Part shown: piece after piece, positions 9,661 to 17,319 of the stretch
Layout of the letters: every line of letters starts with the position of its first letter
Numbering within the stretch: the stretch's first letter is position 1
Assembly: GCA_965248145.1 (NCBI GenBank)
Contig: OZ252091.1
Coordinates: forward strand, 2,626,649-2,690,648
DNA from: Gammaproteobacteria bacterium
Lineage (GTDB): Bacteria > Pseudomonadota > Gammaproteobacteria > Eutrophobiales > Eutrophobiaceae
Reading direction: 5' to 3'
Length of the DNA stretch: 64,000 nucleotides
Position numbers and translations under genes: made by a program
Notes under the pieces: generated by a model
Databases searched by the model: none
Told to the model about the DNA's origin: nothing
Seen by the model: only the letters and a program-made list of their open reading frames with translations

Positions 9661-10905
9661 TCAGGCCACTCGTTTCGATTTTTGTTTACGCCCTTGAAGC
9701 TCTGCCGCATAGGCCTTGTAACGGGTTATCAACCAGCGGTTGAATTGCGGCAACGTTGCCTCTTTCGGCGCATAACGCCCACGGGGCGCAAAACGCGAGC
9801 GCAGTCCCCTGTGAACGTTGGTATTTGCACCGGTATCCTGATCATTCAGCGTTTCCAGGCCCATGACAACGGCTTTGAATATGATATCGAAATTATCCAT
9901 CCGCAGGGTTGAGTTGGGATAGACAAACCCAACCCGGATGGTCATGGCGTTGGCGCCCTGGGGCAGGATGCAATAATAAAAACAACCGTCCGGAACACAG
10001 CCGAAAAACAGGTTGGGCAGGGCACAGGCGAACATCACCCGCTTGCGTTCTTTTTCAGTCAGACCCTCAATCACCGGGAACAGGCAACTGAAGGCGGAGG
10101 TAAAATTACCGTCCAGTTCCAGGAATCCGGTAGGGTGAAATATGGCGCCGTCATCGAAATCGTCCCATTCGGCAAATGTGGCCAACTTGGAAGGGGCAAA
10201 ATCGTGAGGGCCTTTATGCAGGTACCAGGTGTGATGGGGCTCAATAGCATTCTCGTGCATAAACTTCCAGTTCCATGGACTGGGACCCCAATCCACAGTA
10301 GGAACGGCTCCCATCTCCGCAAGTTTATGATTTTCAATTTCTTTTCCCAGGCGTTTCAAGCGAGGCGCAAGCGGTTTTGCCCTGCCGTCCATGTTAACGA
10401 AGATGAAGCCATTCCATACTTCCGTACGTAATACGGGCAGACAGTATTTCTCCTGCAATTCCTTCAGGCCGGCGTGGGCGTCCATCTCCGGGGCGCTGAT
10501 CAGATTACCCGTTTCATCATAGGACCAGCCATGGAAGGGGCAGGTAAAAACCCGGGTATTTCCTTTTTCCCCACCCAGTATGTGACCGCGATGCCGGCAA
10601 ACCGCGGACATGACGCGCACGCCGCCATCGTCTTTTCGCTGCACCAGCAGCGGGTCTTCATTGATCGTGATGGACACGTAATCACCCGGGTTTGGTATCG
10701 TACCCTGGTGGCCCACGCAGACCCATTCCCGGTCCCAGACTGCTCGCTTCTCAAATTCAAACCAGTCCTCGGAGGTATAGACAGCTGGAGGCATTGAGAT
10801 ACATTCCTCCAATTCAGCATTGGACTCGTCGAGTTGTTCCAGGATTTCAAGGTGACGTTCCGTCAGTGTGACATCAGGTAACGCGTGTGTGACAAAATCA
10901 ATCAT
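9661..10905 (-). CDS. Rieske [2Fe-2S] non-haem iron oxygenase, alpha (catalytic) subunit.
   Basis: Rieske motif CRHRGHILGG...CPFHGW. The catalytic-domain motif NWKFMHENAIEPHHTWYLH (H-x4-H) fits mononuclear-iron ligands. Length is 414 aa. Confidence 0.85.
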   Translation of the reverse strand: MIDFVTHALPDVTLTERHLEILEQLDESNAELEECISMPPAVYTSEDWFEFEKRAVWDREWVCVGHQGTIPNPGDYVSITINEDPLLVQRKDDGGVRVMSAVCRHRGHILGGEKGNTRVFTCPFHGWSYDETGNLISAPEMDAHAGLKELQEKYCLPVLRTEVWNGFIFVNMDGRAKPLAPRLKRLGKEIENHKLAEMGAVPTVDWGPSPWNWKFMHENAIEPHHTWYLHKGPHDFAPSKLATFAEWDDFDDGAIFHPTGFLELDGNFTSAFSCLFPVIEGLTEKERKRVMFACALPNLFFGCVPDGCFYYCILPQGANAMTIRVGFVYPNSTLRMDNFDIIFKAVVMGLETLNDQDTGANTNVHRGLRSRFAPRGRYAPKEATLPQFNRWLITRYKAYAAELQGRKQKSKRVA

Positions 10906-11069
10906 AATAACTCCCCCAGGCTTTATAATAAGAAGTAAAGTGATTTAATTGTACGTTTGATCCTTTTTCCTTGCCAATTTTACATTAAAAAAAATAGTAT
11001 GAAAGAGAACAGCATGATTAAATTTGAACGCCCCCCTGCCCTCTTTCAACCACTCACCTGGAGAAAACC

Positions 11070-11297
11070 ATGACCAGTACGGCGGAAAAGAAAAAAATCA
11101 TCAGCGATTTCATCAGCAGGTGTAATGACTATGCAGACGGCCAAATCAGGAAATACCAGGTCCGACTGGCAGACGTTGACGCCATGGAAGCCCTGGATAT
11201 CGAGACAAAAATCTATCACTGGAAGATTTACCGGGCATTCAACGTCTATACCATTGAAGAACTCAAAACCAACGAACTGGATCCCTGGTTTGATTAG
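11070..11297 (+). CDS. Small hypothetical protein (75 aa).
   Basis: An ORF only. It is divergent from the Rieske oxygenase gene, and I recognise no family. Confidence 0.3.
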   Translation: MTSTAEKKKIISDFISRCNDYADGQIRKYQVRLADVDAMEALDIETKIYHWKIYRAFNVYTIEELKTNELDPWFD

Positions 11298-11368
11298 CTA
11301 CAAAAGACACAGAGATTAGAGCGTCGCCTCCGGCGACACCTTATCACACGCGCAAGCGGGGTCAGGTT

Positions 11369-11920
11369 TTAGTGAAACACCCTGGGTCGAAAGTCTGCCT
11401 CGTTGACGATACTGGCGCTGCTGCCGGTCGCCCGGATGACGTACAAGCCCTGGCGTTGTGCCTGGAGTACCACGTTAGAATCTGCCTTCAGGTATGCCAC
11501 GGCGCCCAGTATCCTGTTCCCCTTGTAGCGCCGTACCCACCCGGTGAAGCGCTCCAGCTTCGACAGAAAATGGGTCACGTCCTCAAGCCGTAACGTGGTC
11601 TTTACTTCCACCACCACTTCCTCGCCGTTCACGGCCAGAATATCAAACTCGTAATGCCGGCCCTCCTGTCCGCCCTTCACATTGGTTGAGGTTTCCTCCA
11701 CCGCAATCCCCTGCGCTTGTAACAGGGGCACCAGGTCACCTTCCACCAGACTCTCCATCAGCTTGCCCCAGCGACTGTTAAATTGCGCATCCGTCTTTTT
11801 TAACTGCCGGTCGGTTTCCTTTATCTGCCGGGATAATTCTTTTTGTTCCTCAGCAATGTCGCGCAGGATGTTCCAGATTTCCTCGGGGGTGGCGGGGGCT
11901 CGTTGTGGTTGGTTTTCCAT
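11369..11920 (-). CDS. Hypothetical protein with an N-terminal coiled coil and a C-terminal PD-(D/E)XK-like nuclease fold.
   Basis: Start chosen at MENQPQR, which is preceded by AAGGAG. The EFDILAVNGEEVVVEVKT segment resembles a D...E-x-K restriction-endonuclease-like core. No specific family recognised. Confidence 0.45.
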   Translation of the reverse strand: MENQPQRAPATPEEIWNILRDIAEEQKELSRQIKETDRQLKKTDAQFNSRWGKLMESLVEGDLVPLLQAQGIAVEETSTNVKGGQEGRHYEFDILAVNGEEVVVEVKTTLRLEDVTHFLSKLERFTGWVRRYKGNRILGAVAYLKADSNVVLQAQRQGLYVIRATGSSASIVNEADFRPRVFH

Positions 11921-12426
11921 GGTGACTTTCTCCTTTTTCATGTTGATGTTGCTAAATAGTAAAAGAGTAACGGGAGCATGTCAAAGTTAACAGTATGTCG
12001 CCAGGAGCGACTTATTGCACACGCAGAGGTTTGTCACACTCATTATCTTTGCGTGTGCAATGTGCGACCTGTCCCCCGTGTCCCCCGGACCCCACTGTCC
12101 CCCGATACGGGACCGTACACATTATATGTTACAGATACTGACAGTTTATCTATTCCTAACATTGATCTATACTGTTCCATACCATATATGATACGCTGTT
12201 TTATAAATACATAACATGCCCGTTTTCGTATCAGCGTACCGGGCAAGCTCTATCATGCCCGGTTTTGGCAGACGCGATGAGACGGGCAGATCATTAGAGG
12301 AGATAACGCGAATGAGATTTGAAAAAGCCTATTATGGTTGGACAGCGCGGCGCTTAACCCGGGAGGCTGCGGCGACAGTTGAGCAACCGGTTTCACACAC
12401 TATCTTCGCGAACCGCTAACAAAGGC

Positions 12427-12456
12427 TTGACATTCCTGATTTTTACTCACTAATAA
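12427..12456 (+). promoter_or_regulatory. Sigma70-like promoter (TTGACA - 17 nt - TAATAA) directly upstream of, and overlapping, the ATG that precedes the heptanucleotide repeat.
   Basis: Read directly: TTGACAttcctgatttttactcacTAATAATG. It marks the sharp boundary between AT-normal DNA and the GC-rich island. Confidence 0.35.
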
Positions 12457-13883
12457 TGTTCGACCGAGAGCCGAGAGCCGAGAGCCGAGAGCCGAGAGCC
12501 GAGAGCCGAGAGCCGAGAGCCGAGAGCCGAGAGCCGAGAGCCGAGAGCCGAGAGCCGAGAGCCGAGAGCCGAGAGCCGAGAGCCGAGAGCCGAGAGCCGA
12601 GAGCCGAGAGCCGAGAGCCGAGAGCCGAGAGCCGAGAGCCGAGAGCCGAGAGCCGAGAGCCGAGAGCCGAGAGCCGAGAGCCGAGAGCCGAGAGCCGAGA
12701 GCCGAGAGCCGAGAGCCGAGAGCCGAGAGCCGAGAGCCGAGAGCCGAGAGCCGAGAGCCGAGAGCCGAGTTGTGTCCGCAATTCGCCGGGGCGCGCCATG
12801 CCCCGGCTGGACGCAGCGTCACGAAGCGCGCCGCCTGAGCCTTCCCGGGCCGCGCGCTTCTTCCGCCCTGCCGATTGTTTCCTCCGCGTCGGGGCGGGGC
12901 TTGCGCGGGCGGGACGCCGTGGCCTCCCGGCGGGGCTGCTTGCAATCGTGTTGCTGGTCTTTCCGGTCGCTGCCGGAGCCGGGGCCGGCAATGCCACCGG
13001 CAGGCCGAGTTTTTCGGGGCAACCGATCCAAACCGGGGTGATTACCGCCATCACCAGCGGGATCGGGGATCCCGACGGGGTGGACACCGGCACTTTCGCA
13101 TACGAATGGCTTCGCTGTGACTCGACCGGCAACAACTGCAATACCACTGCCGGGACGGCCTCGACCTATACGCTGACCAATGCCGATATCGGCTTCAGGT
13201 TCAGGCTGCGGGTGAACTTCGAGGACAGCGATGGCAATGCCGAGTCGCGCACCAGCTTTCCATGGCCATCACGCTCCGGGAATGCGATCTACGCGTACCC
13301 GGCCTGCGCCGAGTCGGACTTGACGAGTCTCGACAGTATGAACCGAACGGCAATCTGGACCGGGACGCTGACGGTGGGGTTCTTCAAACAAGACAACACT
13401 TCCTTCTATGGGCGGGGACGGAGAGCTGGAACTTGGTACGGTCAACTCACCGATTCAGTGTTCTCTATCGATTCGAAAAACTACAGATTGCGCCTCCTCA
13501 ATTCGGAAGACGGCGGGACGGGGGACGGTGACCTTAACGTCGTATTCTACACCGCAACAAATGAAGCCTTGGGAAGCGCACACTACGCCGCACACCGCGC
13601 CGCTCTTGAGGAATATGCTCAAGTGCACATCTGCGACAAGGCGTTTGTCATAAGCGAAGCATCAAATTCGAACAGAAGTACGTATGTTTTTCTCGCTGCT
13701 TTTGAGCCCTTTCTGAGCGGGAGCACCCGGACGATACGCGTGAGCGTGCCGAATTCACTCTTGAACGCCGCACCGGAATCGATGGACAACAGCGTGGCGA
13801 CCAACGAGGACGAGGCCTACACCTTCCAGGTAAGCGACTTCCACTTCACCGACCCCGACATGGGGGCGCGCTCGCGAGCGTGA
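12456..13883 (+). CDS. 5' part of a giant GC-rich surface adhesin-like gene: heptamer repeat, signal/TM-like segment, cadherin/VCBS-like repeat. It is interrupted by a frameshift at about 13862-13866.
   Basis: Hydrophobic LLAIVLLVFPVAAGAGAG segment. Repeat module GVITAITSGIGDPDGVDTGTFAYEWLRCDSTG...YTLTNADIGFRFRLRVNFEDSDGNAES. The C-terminal domain (...YTFQVSDFHFTDPD) continues in the next ORF in another frame. Confidence 0.6.
   Translation: MFDREPRAESREPRAESREPRAESREPRAESREPRAESREPRAESREPRAESREPRAESREPRAESREPRAESREPRAESREPRAESREPRAESREPRAESREPSCVRNSPGRAMPRLDAASRSAPPEPSRAARFFRPADCFLRVGAGLARAGRRGLPAGLLAIVLLVFPVAAGAGAGNATGRPSFSGQPIQTGVITAITSGIGDPDGVDTGTFAYEWLRCDSTGNNCNTTAGTASTYTLTNADIGFRFRLRVNFEDSDGNAESRTSFPWPSRSGNAIYAYPACAESDLTSLDSMNRTAIWTGTLTVGFFKQDNTSFYGRGRRAGTWYGQLTDSVFSIDSKNYRLRLLNSEDGGTGDGDLNVVFYTATNEALGSAHYAAHRAALEEYAQVHICDKAFVISEASNSNRSTYVFLAAFEPFLSGSTRTIRVSVPNSLLNAAPESMDNSVATNEDEAYTFQVSDFHFTDPDMGARSRA
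12464..12769. repeat. Heptanucleotide simple sequence repeat, (CCGAGAG)n equivalent to (GAGAGCC)n, about 43 perfect copies.
   Basis: Perfect 7-bp periodicity over ~305 bp starting 6 nt after ATG 12456. Translated it gives (REPRAES)n in all three frames. Unit length is not a multiple of 3, so copy number sets the reading frame. Confidence 0.95.
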
Positions 13884-16800
13884 AGCTGGTGTCCCTGCCG
13901 GCGAAGGACACGCTCAAGCTCTTAACCGTGGCGGTGACGGCGAACCAGGTGGTGCCGGCGGGCGAGATCGGCAACCTGACCTACACCCCGGCCGAGAACG
14001 GGAACGGACCGGGCTACGACAGCTTCACCTTCAAGGTCAACGACGGCACCGACGATAGCGCGACGCCCAACACCATGACCATCGACGTGGCCTCGGTGAA
14101 CGACGAGCCGACGGGCCTGCCGACCATCACCGGCACGCTGACCGTCGGCCAGACGCTGACGGCGGACACCAGCGCCATCATGGACGTGGACGGGCTGACG
14201 AGCCCCGGCTACGGCTACGAGTGGATGCGGGCGGACCCGGGCCCTGTGAACCAGGAACCCATCGCCGGCGCGACCATGAAGACCTACACCCTGACCGACG
14301 CCGAAGCGGGCAAGGTGATCGCGGTGTCGGTGGCCTTCACCGACGACGGGGGCAGCAAACGGAGGCTGACCAGCGACTACTATCCGACAAGCGACACGGT
14401 GGCGGCCATCGCCCCCGGCAAGCCGAACGAACTCTTGGCGACGCCGGGCAACGCCCAGGTGACGCTGGATTGGATGGAGCCGACGAGCGACGGCGGGGCG
14501 GACATCACGGGCTACGAGTACCGCTGGTCGGAGGGCTCGACGGTGCCGGATAGCACGGCCTGGACCGCGGTGGCGGGCGGCGGCGTGCGGACGGTCGTCG
14601 TGACCGGCCTCGTCAACGACACGCAATACGCCTTCGAGGTGCGCGCGGTGAACAGCGCCGGCCCCGGCCCGGCGTCCGGCCCGGCGACCGCGACGCCGAC
14701 GGTGCAGTGGCGGCTGGTCAACGGGGCCGTGGCGCATGAGGGGCGGCTGGAGCTGCTCCACAACGGCGCGTGGGGGACGGTCTGCGACGACTACTGGACC
14801 GATGTCGAGGCGGACGTGGCGTGCCGGGCGGTGGGCTACTCAGGGGGCGCGGAGCGCTCGGAGCCGGGCGCGGAGCAGTTCCGGCGAGCCTATTTCGGCC
14901 AGGGCACGGGCGCCATCTGGCTCGACGACGTGAACTGTGTGGGCGACGAGGCGAGCCCGCTGATGTGTCTGCACGGGGGGGTCGGGGTGAACAACTGCGA
15001 CCACCGGGAGGATGTCGGGGTGCGGTGCAGGACGACCACGACGCCGCGGGTGGAGTCCATCGAGGTGAGCCCTGCGCCCGGGGGGAACGGGCGCTACGAC
15101 GCGGGCGAGACGCTGGCGGTGACGCTGGTGTGGAGCGAGCCGGTGACGGTGGCGACCCCGGCAGGCGCCCTGGCGCCGAAGGTGTGGGTCGCGTACGGCG
15201 TGGGCGTGGAGGCCAGGGCGGAGTATGCGAGCGGGTCGGGGACGGCGCGCACGGTGTTCGCGCACACGCTGACGCAAGCCGACAAGTTGGTGGATGACGG
15301 CGGACCGGTGTCGTACGAGGAGGTGCAGGTGTACCGCAACAGCCTGCGGCTGCGCGGCGGCGCCATCACGTCGGTGGCGGCCGGGGTGGCGGCGGCGCTC
15401 GGGCACGACGGGTACCCGGACGCGGCGCGCCAGCTCGAGGCGGCGGTGGTGGTGGGGCCGCCCGGCCTGAGCGCGGCGGGCGCCGACGGGGTCTGGGGTG
15501 CGGGCGAGACGGTGGAGGTGACGCTCGCCTTCAGCCGCGCGGTGACGGTGGACACGGCGGGCGGCACGCCGACGGTGGGTCTGCGGCTCGGCGGCTCGGC
15601 CGGGCGCAGCGCCGCCTACCTGCGCGGCAGCGGGACGACGGTGCTGGTGTTCGGTTACACGCTCGCCGGCGACGACGGCGCGCACACTGCGCTGCTGGTG
15701 CCGGAGAACAGCCTGGCGCTGAACGGCGGCGCCATCCGGGGCCGGCTGGCGGGGCTCGACGCGGCGCTCGGCCACGACGGCGCGGGCGAGGTGGTGGCGC
15801 CGCCGCCGCCGGGTGGGGCGTCCGGTCCGACGGCGCGCTTCGAGGGGCTGCCCGCGGCCCACGAGGGATCGGGCGCGTTTTCGTTCGAATTGCACTTCAG
15901 CGAAGAGCCCGAGGGCTTGAGCTACACGACGGTGGGCGGCGGGCTGCTCACGCTGAGCGGCGGCGCGGTGAGCGGCGCGCGGCGCCTCGCGCAGGGCAGC
16001 GATGCGGGCTGGGCGGTGAGCGTCGAGCCGGCCGGGGACGGCGACGTGATCATTAGCCTGCCGGCGCGGGCGTGCGGCGAGACGCACGCGATGTGCTTCG
16101 CCGGGCGGCCGCTGGCGGAAGCGGTCTCGGCGACGGTGCCGGGAGCGTCTTCGACGGCGACGGTGCCGCGGACGCCGTTCACGGCGTCGTTCTCCGGCGT
16201 GCCGCCGGAGCATGACGGCGCGGGCGCGTTCACCCTCACCCTCGCCTTCGGCGCGGAGCCGGCGGGGCTGAGCTACCGGACGGTGCGGGACAGCCTGTTC
16301 ACGGTGACCGGCGGCGCGGTGACGAAGGCGCGGCGGCTCAGCCCCCCATCGAACCGGCGCTACGAGCTCACCGTCGAGCCCGCCGGCGACGCGGCGGTGA
16401 GGCTTGCGCTGGCGGCGCTGCCGGCCTGTGGTGTGGCGGGTTCGGTGTGCACGGCGGACGGACGCGCGCTCTCGGGAGCGCTCTCGGCGACGGTGCCGGG
16501 TCCGGCGGCGCTCTCGGTTGCGGATGCGAACGTGCGCGAGGGGCCGGGGGCGGTGCTGGCGTTCCGGGTCACCCTCGACCGGACGCGCCATGCCGCGGTG
16601 ACGGTGGACTACGACACCTCGGACGGGGCCGGGACCAAGCCCGCGAACGCGGGTACGGACTATACCGCGAAGAGCGGCACGCTTACCTTCGCCAGCGGGG
16701 AGAGCAGCAAGACAGTCTCAGTCGTTGTGCTTGATGACAGCCACGACGAGGGTGCGGAGACAATGTCCTTGACGTTGTCGAACCCGTCCGGCGCCAGCAT

Positions 16801-17305
16801 CGCTGATGCCACGGCAACGGGGACTATCAACAACACCGATGCCATGCCGCTGGCCTGGCTGTCCCGCTTTGGCCGCACCGTAGGGACGCATGTAATGACC
16901 ATGGTGGACGAGCGTATGCTGGCGGCCTCGCAGCAGGCGTCCCACCTGACGTTGAATGGCCGACAGATGCAGTGGGGTACGCCGGGGTCGGCAGATACCA
17001 GTCTGTCCGAACGCACCCGCGCCCTGCTTGGCAACTGGACCCGGGACCGGCAGTCACTGGAGAGCCTGCTGAGCGGCAACGTGGGAGCAAGCCCGCGCGC
17101 AGTCCTGTCCCGCAGTTCGTTCTATTGGACCAATATGCCCGCGGACGGGTCGGATACAGGACAAGGAGTCGCCTCCGGCGACACCTTATTTGATTGGACT
17201 CCGGGTCAAGCCCGGAGTAATGACGGTCGGGGCAGGAATGACAACGGAGGCAACACCGTCACCCCGGGCTTGACCCGGGGTCCAGTTGATAATGTGTCGC
17301 CGTAG
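13880..17305 (+). CDS. 3' part of the giant adhesin-like gene, carrying a cadherin/VCBS-like repeat, a fibronectin type III domain, an SRCR domain, repeated Ala/Gly-rich beta modules and a Calx-beta domain.
   Basis: FN3 at ~14411-14700 (PGKPNELLATPGNAQVTLDWMEPTSDGGADITGYEYRW...). SRCR at ~14707-15030 (WRLVNGAVAHEGRLELLHNGAWGTVCDDYW...CVGDEASPLMCLHGG...VGVRCR). Calx-beta at ~16507-16840 (…DYDTSDGAGTKPANAGTDYTAKSGTLTFASGESSKTVSVVVLDDSHDEGAE…). The GTG 'start' is really the continuation of the upstream ORF. Confidence 0.6.
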   Translation: MKLVSLPAKDTLKLLTVAVTANQVVPAGEIGNLTYTPAENGNGPGYDSFTFKVNDGTDDSATPNTMTIDVASVNDEPTGLPTITGTLTVGQTLTADTSAIMDVDGLTSPGYGYEWMRADPGPVNQEPIAGATMKTYTLTDAEAGKVIAVSVAFTDDGGSKRRLTSDYYPTSDTVAAIAPGKPNELLATPGNAQVTLDWMEPTSDGGADITGYEYRWSEGSTVPDSTAWTAVAGGGVRTVVVTGLVNDTQYAFEVRAVNSAGPGPASGPATATPTVQWRLVNGAVAHEGRLELLHNGAWGTVCDDYWTDVEADVACRAVGYSGGAERSEPGAEQFRRAYFGQGTGAIWLDDVNCVGDEASPLMCLHGGVGVNNCDHREDVGVRCRTTTTPRVESIEVSPAPGGNGRYDAGETLAVTLVWSEPVTVATPAGALAPKVWVAYGVGVEARAEYASGSGTARTVFAHTLTQADKLVDDGGPVSYEEVQVYRNSLRLRGGAITSVAAGVAAALGHDGYPDAARQLEAAVVVGPPGLSAAGADGVWGAGETVEVTLAFSRAVTVDTAGGTPTVGLRLGGSAGRSAAYLRGSGTTVLVFGYTLAGDDGAHTALLVPENSLALNGGAIRGRLAGLDAALGHDGAGEVVAPPPPGGASGPTARFEGLPAAHEGSGAFSFELHFSEEPEGLSYTTVGGGLLTLSGGAVSGARRLAQGSDAGWAVSVEPAGDGDVIISLPARACGETHAMCFAGRPLAEAVSATVPGASSTATVPRTPFTASFSGVPPEHDGAGAFTLTLAFGAEPAGLSYRTVRDSLFTVTGGAVTKARRLSPPSNRRYELTVEPAGDAAVRLALAALPACGVAGSVCTADGRALSGALSATVPGPAALSVADANVREGPGAVLAFRVTLDRTRHAAVTVDYDTSDGAGTKPANAGTDYTAKSGTLTFASGESSKTVSVVVLDDSHDEGAETMSLTLSNPSGASIADATATGTINNTDAMPLAWLSRFGRTVGTHVMTMVDERMLAASQQASHLTLNGRQMQWGTPGSADTSLSERTRALLGNWTRDRQSLESLLSGNVGASPRAVLSRSSFYWTNMPADGSDTGQGVASGDTLFDWTPGQARSNDGRGRNDNGGNTVTPGLTRGPVDNVSP

Positions 17306-17319
17306 GCGACTGCAACGAG

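Noticed and set aside
12216-12419. 67-aa ORF between the hypothetical nuclease-like gene and the adhesin promoter.
   Set aside because: No start context, motif or homology is recognisable. It is retained only as intergenic/regulatory space.
12464-12769. Possible CRISPR array, suggested by the regular short direct repeats.
   Set aside because: The unit is only 7 bp and contiguous with no spacers. There is no cas gene, and no CRISPR-like 28-37-bp repeat alternating with unique spacers, so it is a simple sequence repeat.
12400-13147. Two long minus-strand ORFs (181 and 234 aa) encoding (SALGSRL)n across the heptamer repeat.
   Set aside because: They are translation artefacts of the 7-bp tandem repeat, which is open in every frame on both strands. 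The domain content and signal/TM-like segment are coherent only on the plus strand.
13922-16591. Long antisense ORFs (279, 583, 175, 157 aa and others) throughout the GC-rich island.
   Set aside because: High GC suppresses stop codons, so long spurious ORFs are expected. Their translations are Arg/Pro/His-rich low-complexity sequence, whereas the plus-strand frame encodes recognisable FN3, SRCR and Calx-beta domains.
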